Shown piece after piece: positions 17,883 through 27,197 of a stretch of 27,759 nucleotides of DNA. Source of the DNA: Clostridia bacterium (GTDB taxonomy: Bacteria > Bacillota > Clostridia > UMGS1883). The position numbers were made by a program, and so were the translations under genes. The notes below the pieces were generated by a model. That model did no database searches and was not told the origin of the DNA. It was given only the letters and a program-made list of their open reading frames with translations. The stretch covers positions 1 to 27,759 of the forward strand of contig JBJDXJ010000056.1 in NCBI GenBank assembly GCA_051866635.1. Direction: 5' to 3'. Position 1 is the stretch's first letter, and each line of letters begins with the position of its first letter.

Positions 17883-19085
17883 TTACTTCAAAAAAGCTTT
17901 CTCATACTTATCGGCAATATATTCCCAGCTGTAGTAATCTCTAATTCTTTTCTTTGCCGATACAGAAAGTTTGTTAATTTCTTCACTACTCATTTGGTCA
18001 GCCTTGTTTATAAGGTTTGCAAGGTTTCCGTCCTCTTTATTCCAGTAAAGAGCACCGTCCTCGCCCACTTCGCGATTAAAGCCCACATCTAACAGAAGGT
18101 TAAGCTTTGTAATTGCCAGTGCCTCTAACAAACTTGGGTTTGTGCCGCCCACTTCGTGCCCGTGGAAGTATGCGTATGCATCTTCACGAATACGTTTTAA
18201 AAGCTCCTGGTCATACACAGTTCCAACAAACTTTATGCGCGGGTCGCTTTCAAAGTTTGTAGTTTTACGAAGATTTTCGTAAAAAGCATTGCCTTCTACA
18301 TTTGTTATAATCACAAAATCCTTATCAGTGTCAGACTTCATAAATTCTTTTATCATTGTTTCGTAGTTGTTTTCCGGAACAAAGCGACCTACCACAAGAT
18401 AATACTCGCCCGGTGTCACATCTTTATCCTTATACCAATTAACCACCTTTTCATCACAAGGCTGAAGTGTTGATTTTGTAGTATCTGCACCATATGCTAT
18501 AAATGTGGTATTCGGATTGTATTTTCCGTAGCTTTCAAGAATATATTTTTCAATATTGACACTGTCACAAATAACAAAATCGCTGTGCTTTATCATCATT
18601 TGTTCGGATATTTTCCAATACTTGCGAATAGGTGCCGACCACTTTGCTCTTTTCCATTCATGTCCATCGGGATTAAGATAAACTTTTCCGCCAAGTTTAT
18701 GGATTTTTCTTTGATAGTGTGCGGCAAAAGGTCCTATTCTGCAAGCCAAAATGTACACAATAGGATTTTCAATTTCGTTTTTCCTAATATATTCACAGCA
18801 GAACTTTAACGCCGCAACATCGTAATAAATTGCTGATGCAGGACCTATATTCGGAACAGTAATTTTAAAACAATGTGCATTGTGATACTCAAATTCATTA
18901 TCGCTGATTTTTTCAGCACCATCAAGTTTTGATTCGTCCATCGAGCCGTCACCGTTGGCCTTGCAGGCGATATGATATTTAATATTTTCATTGTTTTGAT
19001 GATATTCCGTCAATTTATTTACAAATGTTTCATAACCACCGTAAGCTCCCATAGATTTTGAGCCGACAATAAATACATGTTGCAT
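17883..19085 (-). CDS. WchF/Cps2T/RgpA-like rhamnosyltransferase (GT4, DUF1972-type N-terminus)
   Basis: MQHVFIVGSKS...YGGYETFV, LNPDGHEWKRAKWS, VGRFVPENNYE and HGHEVGGTNPSLLEAL. ATG 19085 follows GGAG; directly after the rml genes. Confidence 0.85.
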   Translation of the reverse strand: MQHVFIVGSKSMGAYGGYETFVNKLTEYHQNNENIKYHIACKANGDGSMDESKLDGAEKISDNEFEYHNAHCFKITVPNIGPASAIYYDVAALKFCCEYIRKNEIENPIVYILACRIGPFAAHYQRKIHKLGGKVYLNPDGHEWKRAKWSAPIRKYWKISEQMMIKHSDFVICDSVNIEKYILESYGKYNPNTTFIAYGADTTKSTLQPCDEKVVNWYKDKDVTPGEYYLVVGRFVPENNYETMIKEFMKSDTDKDFVIITNVEGNAFYENLRKTTNFESDPRIKFVGTVYDQELLKRIREDAYAYFHGHEVGGTNPSLLEALAITKLNLLLDVGFNREVGEDGALYWNKEDGNLANLINKADQMSSEEINKLSVSAKKRIRDYYSWEYIADKYEKAFLK

Positions 19086-19111
19086 TAACAAACACTCCAA
19101 TTATCAATATC

Positions 19112-19714
19112 TCAGAACTTAAAAGTATCTTTAAGTCCCAGCCACTTCTGATCTTTTTCGGAAAGATTAAGTTTTGTTCCGTCAGTGAGTGTATATCCCT
19201 CACCGCTTGCACTGCCATTATACTCCCCTGTAAGTTCGGGCCATTCAATGCCGATTTCGGGGTCGTTCCATGCAAGACCGCCCTCGTCACCGGGATGATA
19301 AAAATCTGTAACCTTATAGCAAAATTCTGCTTCATCGCTGAGAACCAAAAAACCGTGGGCAAAGCCTTCGGAAATGTAGAACTGCTTTTTATTTTCGGCA
19401 GTTAATTCAACTCCGTACCACTTTCCGTAAGTTTCGCTTCCGCTTCTGAGATCAACCGCCACATCAAAAACGCTGCCGCGAATAACTCTCACAAGCTTAC
19501 CCTGGGGAAATTCCTTCTGAAAGTGAAGCCCACGGAGTACACCTTTTGTACTCATGCTCTGATTGTCCTGTACAAAAACCATATTAAGTCCGTTTTCTTC
19601 CATATCCCTTTGGGAATATGTTTCCATAAAATAGCCTCTGCTGTCGCCGTGCACTGCCGGTTCAATTATATAAAGTCCTTCAATAGGTGCTTTTGTAACT
19701 TTAATCTGTCCCAT
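19112..19714 (-). CDS. rmlC: dTDP-4-dehydrorhamnose 3,5-epimerase
   Basis: HGDSRGYFME, QDNQSMS..GVLRGLHFQ, DVAVDLR..S.TYGKW and GFAHGF. TAATG overlap with rmlD. Confidence 0.96.
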   Translation of the reverse strand: MGQIKVTKAPIEGLYIIEPAVHGDSRGYFMETYSQRDMEENGLNMVFVQDNQSMSTKGVLRGLHFQKEFPQGKLVRVIRGSVFDVAVDLRSGSETYGKWYGVELTAENKKQFYISEGFAHGFLVLSDEAEFCYKVTDFYHPGDEGGLAWNDPEIGIEWPELTGEYNGSASGEGYTLTDGTKLNLSEKDQKWLGLKDTFKF

Positions 19715-20580
19715 TAAAACTCAATCTCCTTTAAGTATCTTTCAAGGGCATTCTGCCATGTGGGAAGCGGCTCAAAACCGTTGTCAACAAGTTTTTGCTT
19801 GTCAAGGCGGCTGTTAAAAGGTCTTGCAGCCTTTGACAATCCGTATTCTTCAGTAGTTACAGGTACAACCTTAGTGTCATACCCTGCCTGACGGAAAATC
19901 TCACAGGTAAAGTCATACCAGGAAATATATCCGCCTTCATTGGTGGCATGGTAATAACCGTACTTTTCTGTTTCCACCATATCAACCAGAAGCCTTGCCA
20001 AGTCAAGGGTATATGTAGGTGTTCCCACCTGGTCGGAAACAACCCTTACAGTATCAAACTTTTTGCCAACGTTAAGCATGGTTTTTATAAAGTTTTTACC
20101 GTTTACGCCAAAAACCCACGCAATACGAACGATAAAATACTTACTAAGGGTTTCACTAACTGCAAGTTCGCCTTCCAGCTTAGTCTGTCCGTACACATTT
20201 AAAGGCTTATAGTCTTTGCAGTCTGCTTTCCATGGCTCTGTTCCCTGACCGTCAAAAACATAGTCCGTGCTGATATATACCATTTTACAGTCAAGTTTTT
20301 TGCATACATCGGCAATATTTTTTGTGCCTTCGGCATTTACCTTGCGGCACGTATCAGCGTTATCTTCTGCCGCATCAACAGCGGTCCATGCCGCACAGTG
20401 AATAACCGCATCCGGATTAGCTTTAGTTATAACGCTGTTAACGCTTTCGGCGTTTGTTATGTCCATTTCCTCAATATCAACGCCAATAGCTACATGTCCG
20501 CGTTTTTCAAGCTCATTAACAACATCGTAGCCAAGCTGACCTTTTACACCTGTTACCAATACTTTCATATTTATACCCAT
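19714..20580 (-). CDS. rmlD: dTDP-4-dehydrorhamnose reductase
   Basis: VTGVKGQLG, HCAAWTAVDAAE, YISTDYVFDG, YGQTKL.GE and DQVGTPT. Alternative ATG at 20568. Confidence 0.95.
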   Translation of the reverse strand: MGINMKVLVTGVKGQLGYDVVNELEKRGHVAIGVDIEEMDITNAESVNSVITKANPDAVIHCAAWTAVDAAEDNADTCRKVNAEGTKNIADVCKKLDCKMVYISTDYVFDGQGTEPWKADCKDYKPLNVYGQTKLEGELAVSETLSKYFIVRIAWVFGVNGKNFIKTMLNVGKKFDTVRVVSDQVGTPTYTLDLARLLVDMVETEKYGYYHATNEGGYISWYDFTCEIFRQAGYDTKVVPVTTEEYGLSKAARPFNSRLDKQKLVDNGFEPLPTWQNALERYLKEIEF

Positions 20581-20599
20581 TAACTCCTTTCACAAAACC

Positions 20600-20707
20600 T
20601 AAGTCTGAAAGAAAATCGTTCAGATTGCCGCTTTGAAGCGAGCGGTGCCGTACAAAGGTACTGCCCCGAGCAAAAAGTGGTGAGATGGGCGATTCTATTC
20701 ACACTTA
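20600..20707. repeat. 108-bp imperfect palindrome (MITE/ERIC-like or structured RNA element)
   Basis: Ends TAAGTCTGAAAGAAAATCG and CGATTCTATTCACACTTA are imperfect inverted repeats with TA at both termini. Pairing continues inward to a GTAC-aaag-GTAC apex (20650-20661). Confidence 0.7.
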
Positions 20708-21724
20708 TCTGTCTCCGTACATTTTATCGTAATAGTTCTGGTATTCACCGGAGATAATCTCCTCCCACCATTCCTTATTGTCAAGGTACCACTTAATTGT
20801 CTTCTTTATGCCGTCCTCAAACTTTGTCTCGGGAAGCCAGCCAAGCTCATTATGAATTTTTGTGGGGTCAATTGCATAACGCATATCGTGACCTTTTCTG
20901 TCGGTTACATATGTGATAAGGCTTTCGGGCTTGCCAAGTTCTTTACATATAATCTTAACTATTTCGATATTCTGCTTTTCATTGTGACCACCTACATTGT
21001 AAACCTCGCCTACTCTGCCCTTGTGAATAATAAGATCTATTGCCTTGCAGTGATCCTCAACATAAAGCCAGTCACGGACATTCAAGCCTTCGCCGTATAC
21101 GGGAAGGGGCTTGTCGTTAAGAGCATTGGCAATCATAAGAGGAATAAGCTTTTCAGGGAAATGATACGGTCCGTAGTTGTTGGAACAACGGGAAATTGTA
21201 ACTGGTAAGCCGTACGTCCTGTGGTATGCCAGAACAAGCAAATCAGCCCCTGCTTTACTGCTGGAATAGGGCGATGATGTGTGGATAGGTGTTTCTTCTG
21301 TAAAGAAAAGGTCGGGACGGTCCAAGGGAAGGTCGCCGTACACTTCATCTGTAGACACCTGATGATACCTCTTAATACCGTATTTACGGCAAGCATCCAT
21401 CAAAACAGCCGTACCCTTAATATTTGTTTCAAGGAAAATATCGGGGTTTTCAATAGAGCGGTCAACGTGGCTTTCTGCCGCAAAGTTAACCACCATATCG
21501 GGCTTTTCCTCTTCAAAAAGCTTATAAACTGCTTCTCTGTCGCATATATCAGCCTTTACAAACCTGAAATTGGGGTTGTCCATAACACTCTTAAGAGTTG
21601 AAAGGTTACCTGCGTATGTAAGCTTGTCAAGACAAATAATTCTGTAATCGGGATATTTTTCAAGCATATGGAAAACAAAATTTGAACCTATAAATCCTGC
21701 GCCGCCTGTTACTATAATATTCAT
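20705..21724 (-). CDS. rmlB: dTDP-glucose 4,6-dehydratase
   Basis: VTGGAGFIGSN, DKLTYAGN, FAAESHVDRSI, VSTDEVYG, PYSSSKA, RCSNNYGP and EKLIP; AAGGAG RBS. Confidence 0.97.
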   Translation of the reverse strand: MNIIVTGGAGFIGSNFVFHMLEKYPDYRIICLDKLTYAGNLSTLKSVMDNPNFRFVKADICDREAVYKLFEEEKPDMVVNFAAESHVDRSIENPDIFLETNIKGTAVLMDACRKYGIKRYHQVSTDEVYGDLPLDRPDLFFTEETPIHTSSPYSSSKAGADLLVLAYHRTYGLPVTISRCSNNYGPYHFPEKLIPLMIANALNDKPLPVYGEGLNVRDWLYVEDHCKAIDLIIHKGRVGEVYNVGGHNEKQNIEIVKIICKELGKPESLITYVTDRKGHDMRYAIDPTKIHNELGWLPETKFEDGIKKTIKWYLDNKEWWEEIISGEYQNYYDKMYGDR

Positions 21725-21739
21725 AATTCTACTCCTTTT

Positions 21740-22636
21740 TTAGTGTAATACATCAAGATATTTACCATCGAGAACATCTTTAAGGTACTGTCCGTACTGA
21801 TTTTTTTTGAGCACCTCATAAACTTCAAGCACATCCTCTTTTGTAATCCAACCGTTAAGATATGCAATTTCTTCAAGACATCCTATCTTACGGTGCTGAT
21901 GTGTTTCAATCGTTTTAACAAATTCAGTTGCTTCCGCAAGGCTTTCATGCGTGCCTGTATCAAGCCACGTAAAGCCCTGACCTAAAAGCACAACGTTCAA
22001 AGAGTCGTTTTCGAGATATATTCTGTTTAAATCGGTAATTTCCAACTCTCCTCTGGGGGAAGGTTTAAGGTTCTTTGCATACTCAACAACACGGTTGTCG
22101 TAAAAATAAAGCCCTGTCACGCAGTAATTACTCTTAGGCTTTTCGGGCTTTTCCTCAATGGAAATTGCCTTGCCGTTTTCATCAAATTCAACAATGCCAA
22201 ACCTTTCGGGGTCGTCAACATAATAACCGAAAACAGTGGCACCTTTTCCTGTTTCTGCATTTTCTACAGCTTGTTTCAGCCTTTTCTTAAGACCGTGACC
22301 TGCAAATATATTGTCACCCAAAACCATGGCAACGCTGTCGTCACCGATAAAATCAGCACCGATAATAAACGCCTGTGCCAATCCGTCAGGCGAAGGCTGA
22401 ACAGCATAGGAAAGATGAACTCCGAACTGATGTCCGTCTCCTAAAAGTGCTTCAAATCTGGGTGTGTCCTGCGGAGTGGAAATAATAAGTATGTCACGTA
22501 TTCCTGCGTTCATCAGAACTGACATGGGGTAATAAATCATCGGCTTGTCATAGATGGGTAAAAGCTGCTTACTTGTCACCTTTGTTAACGGATAAAGCCT
22601 TGTTCCGGAGCCTCCTGCCAAAATAATACCTTTCAT
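21740..22636 (-). CDS. rmlA: Glucose-1-phosphate thymidylyltransferase
   Basis: [18 protein letters not shown]...[39 protein letters not shown] and WLDTGT. ATG 22636 follows a GGAGGG RBS. The ORF-track extension to 22750 crosses the promoter. Confidence 0.97.
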   Translation of the reverse strand: MKGIILAGGSGTRLYPLTKVTSKQLLPIYDKPMIYYPMSVLMNAGIRDILIISTPQDTPRFEALLGDGHQFGVHLSYAVQPSPDGLAQAFIIGADFIGDDSVAMVLGDNIFAGHGLKKRLKQAVENAETGKGATVFGYYVDDPERFGIVEFDENGKAISIEEKPEKPKSNYCVTGLYFYDNRVVEYAKNLKPSPRGELEITDLNRIYLENDSLNVVLLGQGFTWLDTGTHESLAEATEFVKTIETHQHRKIGCLEEIAYLNGWITKEDVLEVYEVLKKNQYGQYLKDVLDGKYLDVLH

Positions 22637-22688
22637 AAAATCCCTCCAACAATTTTCATAAAACGTACAGTATTCCACAATTACATTT

Positions 22689-22717
22689 ATTTTACCACAA
22701 GTAGTTCCTATTGTCAA
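22689..22717 (-). promoter_or_regulatory. Sigma-A/sigma70-type promoter of the polysaccharide operon
   Basis: Minus strand: TTGACA (22717-22712), 17-nt spacer ending TGTGG, TAAAAT (22694-22689). This is a perfect -35, optimal spacing and a TGn extended -10, about 50 nt upstream of the rmlA ATG. Confidence 0.85.
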
Positions 22718-22760
22718 CATAAAACATACAATATATTGCATTTCCGCCAAGCTCTAAAGC

Positions 22761-22804
22761 CAAAAAAGAGCAGAAAAAACGCCTGTTTTAACTGCTCTTT
22801 TTTG
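22761..22804. terminator. Intrinsic terminator after pth-mfd-prsA, probably bidirectional
   Basis: CAAAAAAGAGCAG-aa-AAAAC-gcct-GTTTT-aa-CTGCTCTTTTTTG hairpin giving a U6 tail in both orientations, beginning a few nt after the PPIase stop. Confidence 0.85.
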
Positions 22805-22810
22805 CCTTTA

Positions 22811-23836
22811 TTATTCAGTTTCTGTTTCTTGTGTCACTGTGTATTTTGAAAGGTCGATTGTTTTAATTAAGTCCTCATTTTTGTAAAGAGGATACTTTTC
22901 AAGCATATCATTCATCTTTTCTTCTGTGAAATATTGGCTCAGCTCATTTTCCTTAATACTTGTGATGTAGCTTTCATAGTTTTCATCATCACTACCGGGG
23001 TTTTCATAGCGTTTTATAATATGATAACCATAGCTGGTCTTTACAGGTTCAGATACTTCACCGATTTTTAAATTAAGTGTACCGTTATAGAATTCATCAA
23101 CCATATCGCCTTCAACAAATGTATAACCTGCACTAGAATCCTGACCGGGGTCCTCACTCAATTCATCAATAAGGCTTTCAAAGTTTTCACCTGCAAGCAC
23201 TCTTTCGTATATAGCACTGATTTCGTCGTATGCCGCTTCTTCGCTTTCTCTGCCGTCAAAGGATATAAGAATATGCTTAGCTGTAAGTACCTTATCGTTA
23301 TAAAGTTCTGCCGCATCTTCATCGGAACAAACATAATTTCTCAATGCATCATAAGCACAGTTTGCCGCAACATACTTTCTGAAGCCTGCTTCGGTAAGAC
23401 CTGTTGCATCCAGTGTTTCTTGGAATGCTTCTTCACCGCCGTAAAGTTCCACATAATCATCAAAAGCCTCATCAATTTCGTCTTCTGTGCAAATACCTTC
23501 GTCCATACACATAAGGAGCATAGCGTTCTGATACCATGCTTCTTCAACGGCATATTCGATTATAGTATCATGTGCCGTTAATCCGTTCGAACCTACGATA
23601 TCTTCCCATCCGGGTGCATTTCCTGTATAACTCTGAAGCTGGTATGTTACACTGTCAACATAAACTGCAAGTTCGTCCATTGTAATCTCACTATTACCTA
23701 CAATAGCTGCAACATTTTCAGCAAAAGTTATTTCTTCTGTTGCGGTTTCAACATCACCCTTGTCATTTGAACATCCTGCCATAAAGCATGTTGAAAAAAC
23801 AAGAACAGTCATTAAAATGCTAAGTAATTTTTTCAT
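22811..23836 (-). CDS. prsA: PrsA-like parvulin-type peptidyl-prolyl isomerase lipoprotein
   Basis: Signal peptide with lipobox FMAG-C; rotamase motifs AKHILI, SEDPG, GDMVDEF and GEVSEPVKTSYGYHIIK; AAAGGA RBS. The pth-mfd-PPIase order is typical of Clostridia. Confidence 0.8.
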   Translation of the reverse strand: MKKLLSILMTVLVFSTCFMAGCSNDKGDVETATEEITFAENVAAIVGNSEITMDELAVYVDSVTYQLQSYTGNAPGWEDIVGSNGLTAHDTIIEYAVEEAWYQNAMLLMCMDEGICTEDEIDEAFDDYVELYGGEEAFQETLDATGLTEAGFRKYVAANCAYDALRNYVCSDEDAAELYNDKVLTAKHILISFDGRESEEAAYDEISAIYERVLAGENFESLIDELSEDPGQDSSAGYTFVEGDMVDEFYNGTLNLKIGEVSEPVKTSYGYHIIKRYENPGSDDENYESYITSIKENELSQYFTEEKMNDMLEKYPLYKNEDLIKTIDLSKYTVTQETETE

Positions 23837-23876
23837 ATGAATTTCCTTTCGTAAATAGAATTATAGATATTGTACA

Positions 23877-26800
23877 TTATATTTCAGGGTTTTGCAAGCA
23901 GTTTAATACAAAATTTATTTTTTCAATAATATCCTTTTCAGAAGGATTCTGTAATCTTATCAAAATATAGGGTTTATCACCTGAACCAAATAAGATTCTA
24001 ACGACACGGCTCGAAGATATTTTCGACAAAACCTTTATATCAGGCTCATGTGCCTTTGTAAACTTAAGCACAATGCCGTCTGAATTTTGTGATATATCCG
24101 TAATTCCCAACTGATTGGCATTTGCCTTCATAAGGGCAATTTTCATCAGCATATCAACAGAGGTAGGAATAAGTCCGTATCTGTCCTCCAGCTCCTCCTG
24201 TACACGGTTAAAGTCGTTTATATCTTCTATAGCGACAATCAGCTTATATGCTTCTATGCGAAGCTTTTCAGAATCTATAAATTCATTGGGTATATAAGCA
24301 TTTACATTAAGGTCAATTTGTGTAGACACTTTCTTTTCTTCCATAGGAATGCCCATAACTTCATTTACAGATTCATTAAGCATCTGACAATACATATCAT
24401 ATCCGACAGTTGCCATAAACCCATGCTGTTCAGGACCCAATACATTGCCTGCACCACGAATTTCCAAATCACGCATGGCAATTTTAAAGCCTGAACCAAA
24501 CTCTGTAAATTCCTTGATTGCCCGAAGTCTCTTTTCAGCAACCTCATCAAGTGATTTGTGGGGGTTAAATGTAAGATAGGCATAGGCAAGGCGGTTTGTA
24601 CGACCCACTCTTCCCCTTAGCTGATACAACTGTGCCAATCCGAAATTGTTGGCATTTTCAATTATTATGGTGTTGACGTTCTGTACATCCATGCCGGTTT
24701 CTATAATAGTGGTACATACCAAAACATCAATTTCGCGATTCAAAAATCGCATAAGGGTTCTTTCCAGCTGAGCTTCGCTCATTTGCCCATGTGCCGCCTC
24801 GACTCTTGCGTCAGGCACTAAAGCTGAAATTTCTTCCACTGTCTTTTCAATTCCCTGAACACGGTTTGAAACATAATACACCTGGCCGTTGCGGGAAAGT
24901 TCCCTTTCTATGGCACTTTGCAAAACAACTTTGTTATGCTCCAAAACATAGGTTTGCACAGGATAACGGTCATCAGGCGGATTTAAAAGAACACTCATAT
25001 CTCTTATCCCAACCATTGCCATATGCAGTGTTCTGGGGATAGGTGTTGCACTTAATGTTAAAACGTCAACATTCTTTTTGAATTCCTTTATTTTCTCTTT
25101 ATGTCCCACACCAAATCTTTGCTCTTCGTCAATAACTAAAAGCCCCAATCTCTTGTACTCAATTTTCGGAGAAAGCAGTTTGTGGGTACCTATGACAATG
25201 TCACATTCGCCACTTTTTAACATTCTTAATGTTTCAGCTGTTTCCTTTTGGGAAGAAAAACGGGAAAGCATCCTGACTGTTATGGGAAACTTTTTCATTC
25301 TTTGGACAAAGTTATTATAATGCTGTTGTGCAAGTATTGTTGTAGGCACAAGATAAGCAACCTGATAACCGGAATCAACAGCCTTAAAAGCGGCTCTCAT
25401 TGCCACTTCTGTTTTTCCGTAGCCTACATCGCCGCACAAAAGACGATCCATAGGTCTTTTGGACTCCATATCATGCTTGATTTCCTCAATAGCCCTGAGC
25501 TGATCCTCCGTTTCTTCATAAATGAAGTCGTCTTCAAATTCCCTTTGCCACGAGGAATCCTCGCTGAAGGCAACACCTTCAGACACGCTTCGCTGAGCAT
25601 AGAGCTCTACAAGCTTTTTCGCCATTTCGGCGGTACTTTTTTTAACCTTAGCTTTGGTTGCTGCCCATTCTGCACCCCCAAGCTTATTTATACGTACGCT
25701 TTTTCCCTCGCCTGCACCAATGTATTTGTTAATCAAATCCAGTTGGTCAACAGGAATGTATAAAAAATCGGAACCACGATATTCAATTTTGAAATAATCA
25801 CGTGTAACGTTGTCCACCTCAAGGCGTTTCATACCGATATATTTACCTATACCGTGGACGTTATGAACTACCAAATCACCGGGTGCAATATCAACAGGAG
25901 CTGTTATTTTTGAAGTGTTGGGGTCTTTTTTTACCTTTCGTTTCTTTTTCTCGGTATTAAAAATTTCCCTGTCGCTGACAATTACGGTATTTATCAAAGG
26001 ATATTCAAAGCCCTTATTTACCGAACCTCTTAAAACAGAAATACTGCCGGGTTTTATGGACTTGATATCTTCAATTTTATCGTATAAGTCAGGTTTAAAA
26101 CCTTTGTCCCGTAAAGCCTCACAAAGTGATTTTGCCCTCATACTGCTTCCGCCAAGGACAAAAATACTATACTTCTGCTTTTGCCACATACTTATATCGT
26201 CATACAAAAAGTTAATGTTGCCGTTATAATTCTGTAATGTTTTTGAAGTTAAGCTTAAATGTGTTTTTGGGTGAAAATCCGGGCATGCTCTACTCAATGC
26301 GGAAAAAGAAACAACAGGATTTAAAAGAAGCTTATTTAAAAGGGCATGATATGACTGGATATACTCTTTTTCCGCATCAAAATCAATTTCCTTTTCAATC
26401 AGTGCTTTTATGTTGTCTTCAATTTCAAACTTTATTGTTTCTGCACTTTCATGAACACGGTTTGGCTCGTCAAAAAGAACTAAATCGTCCTCTCCGATAT
26501 AAGATAAAATGCTTCCCACAAAGGTCTTTGAGGATGCAGGAGAGATATTCACACAATCTCTTTTTTCTGTAGATAACTGTGTAAAGGGGTCAAAAACCTT
26601 TATAAGGTCAACTTCGTCACCGAAAAATTCAATTCTGTATGCTTCACCGCCGGGAGGATAAATATCAACAATACCTCCACGCAACGCAAACTGACCGGGG
26701 TTTTCAACTACGTCCATTCTCTTGTAGCCCATTTTTACAAAACGATGGGACAATTCATCAATGGAGAACACATCTCCGAGATGGGCTTTTACAGTTAAAA

Positions 26801-27197
26801 GCTCCAAATCTTCCTTGGAAACAGCATATTGCAAAAGGGACAACACACTTAAAATCACGATTTTTTTAGAAGAAACCTTTAAAAGTGATTCTATTCGTTT
26901 ATTTTCAGCCTCGTTATCTGCCGCTTCTGTCTTATAAAGCCTTAAGTCTGTTTCAGGTACTAAAATTGCCGCATCTTTTGCAAAAAACGAAATATCGTCA
27001 TATAGTTTTTGTGCCTGTAACTCGCTGTATGTGACAATAAAGCCCCGCTTATTTAATGAGGCTAACAAAGACACCACAAAATGAGCCTTCACAGATTCTG
27101 AAGGCCCTGTAATATGAATGGGATAACGTCCTTTTTTTGCCGACTCTATGATATTGTCATATTCGGCTGCGGATAAAAGTAATTCTTCAAATTTCAT
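23877..27197 (-). CDS. mfd: Transcription-repair coupling factor
   Basis: UvrB-like N-terminus (GQFALRGGIVDIY), RID (GDLVVH.VHGIGKY), MDRLLCGDVGYGKTEVA, DEEQRFGV, SATPIPRTL, QLRGRVGR, DLEIRGAGN and a C-terminal TRCF domain. Confidence 0.97.
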   Translation of the reverse strand: MKFEELLLSAAEYDNIIESAKKGRYPIHITGPSESVKAHFVVSLLASLNKRGFIVTYSELQAQKLYDDISFFAKDAAILVPETDLRLYKTEAADNEAENKRIESLLKVSSKKIVILSVLSLLQYAVSKEDLELLTVKAHLGDVFSIDELSHRFVKMGYKRMDVVENPGQFALRGGIVDIYPPGGEAYRIEFFGDEVDLIKVFDPFTQLSTEKRDCVNISPASSKTFVGSILSYIGEDDLVLFDEPNRVHESAETIKFEIEDNIKALIEKEIDFDAEKEYIQSYHALLNKLLLNPVVSFSALSRACPDFHPKTHLSLTSKTLQNYNGNINFLYDDISMWQKQKYSIFVLGGSSMRAKSLCEALRDKGFKPDLYDKIEDIKSIKPGSISVLRGSVNKGFEYPLINTVIVSDREIFNTEKKKRKVKKDPNTSKITAPVDIAPGDLVVHNVHGIGKYIGMKRLEVDNVTRDYFKIEYRGSDFLYIPVDQLDLINKYIGAGEGKSVRINKLGGAEWAATKAKVKKSTAEMAKKLVELYAQRSVSEGVAFSEDSSWQREFEDDFIYEETEDQLRAIEEIKHDMESKRPMDRLLCGDVGYGKTEVAMRAAFKAVDSGYQVAYLVPTTILAQQHYNNFVQRMKKFPITVRMLSRFSSQKETAETLRMLKSGECDIVIGTHKLLSPKIEYKRLGLLVIDEEQRFGVGHKEKIKEFKKNVDVLTLSATPIPRTLHMAMVGIRDMSVLLNPPDDRYPVQTYVLEHNKVVLQSAIERELSRNGQVYYVSNRVQGIEKTVEEISALVPDARVEAAHGQMSEAQLERTLMRFLNREIDVLVCTTIIETGMDVQNVNTIIIENANNFGLAQLYQLRGRVGRTNRLAYAYLTFNPHKSLDEVAEKRLRAIKEFTEFGSGFKIAMRDLEIRGAGNVLGPEQHGFMATVGYDMYCQMLNESVNEVMGIPMEEKKVSTQIDLNVNAYIPNEFIDSEKLRIEAYKLIVAIEDINDFNRVQEELEDRYGLIPTSVDMLMKIALMKANANQLGITDISQNSDGIVLKFTKAHEPDIKVLSKISSSRVVRILFGSGDKPYILIRLQNPSEKDIIEKINFVLNCLQNPEI

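Noticed and set aside
22637-22750. 38-aa N-terminal extension of RmlA in the ORF track
   Set aside because: It spans the promoter. The conserved MKGIILAGG start at 22636 has its own RBS.
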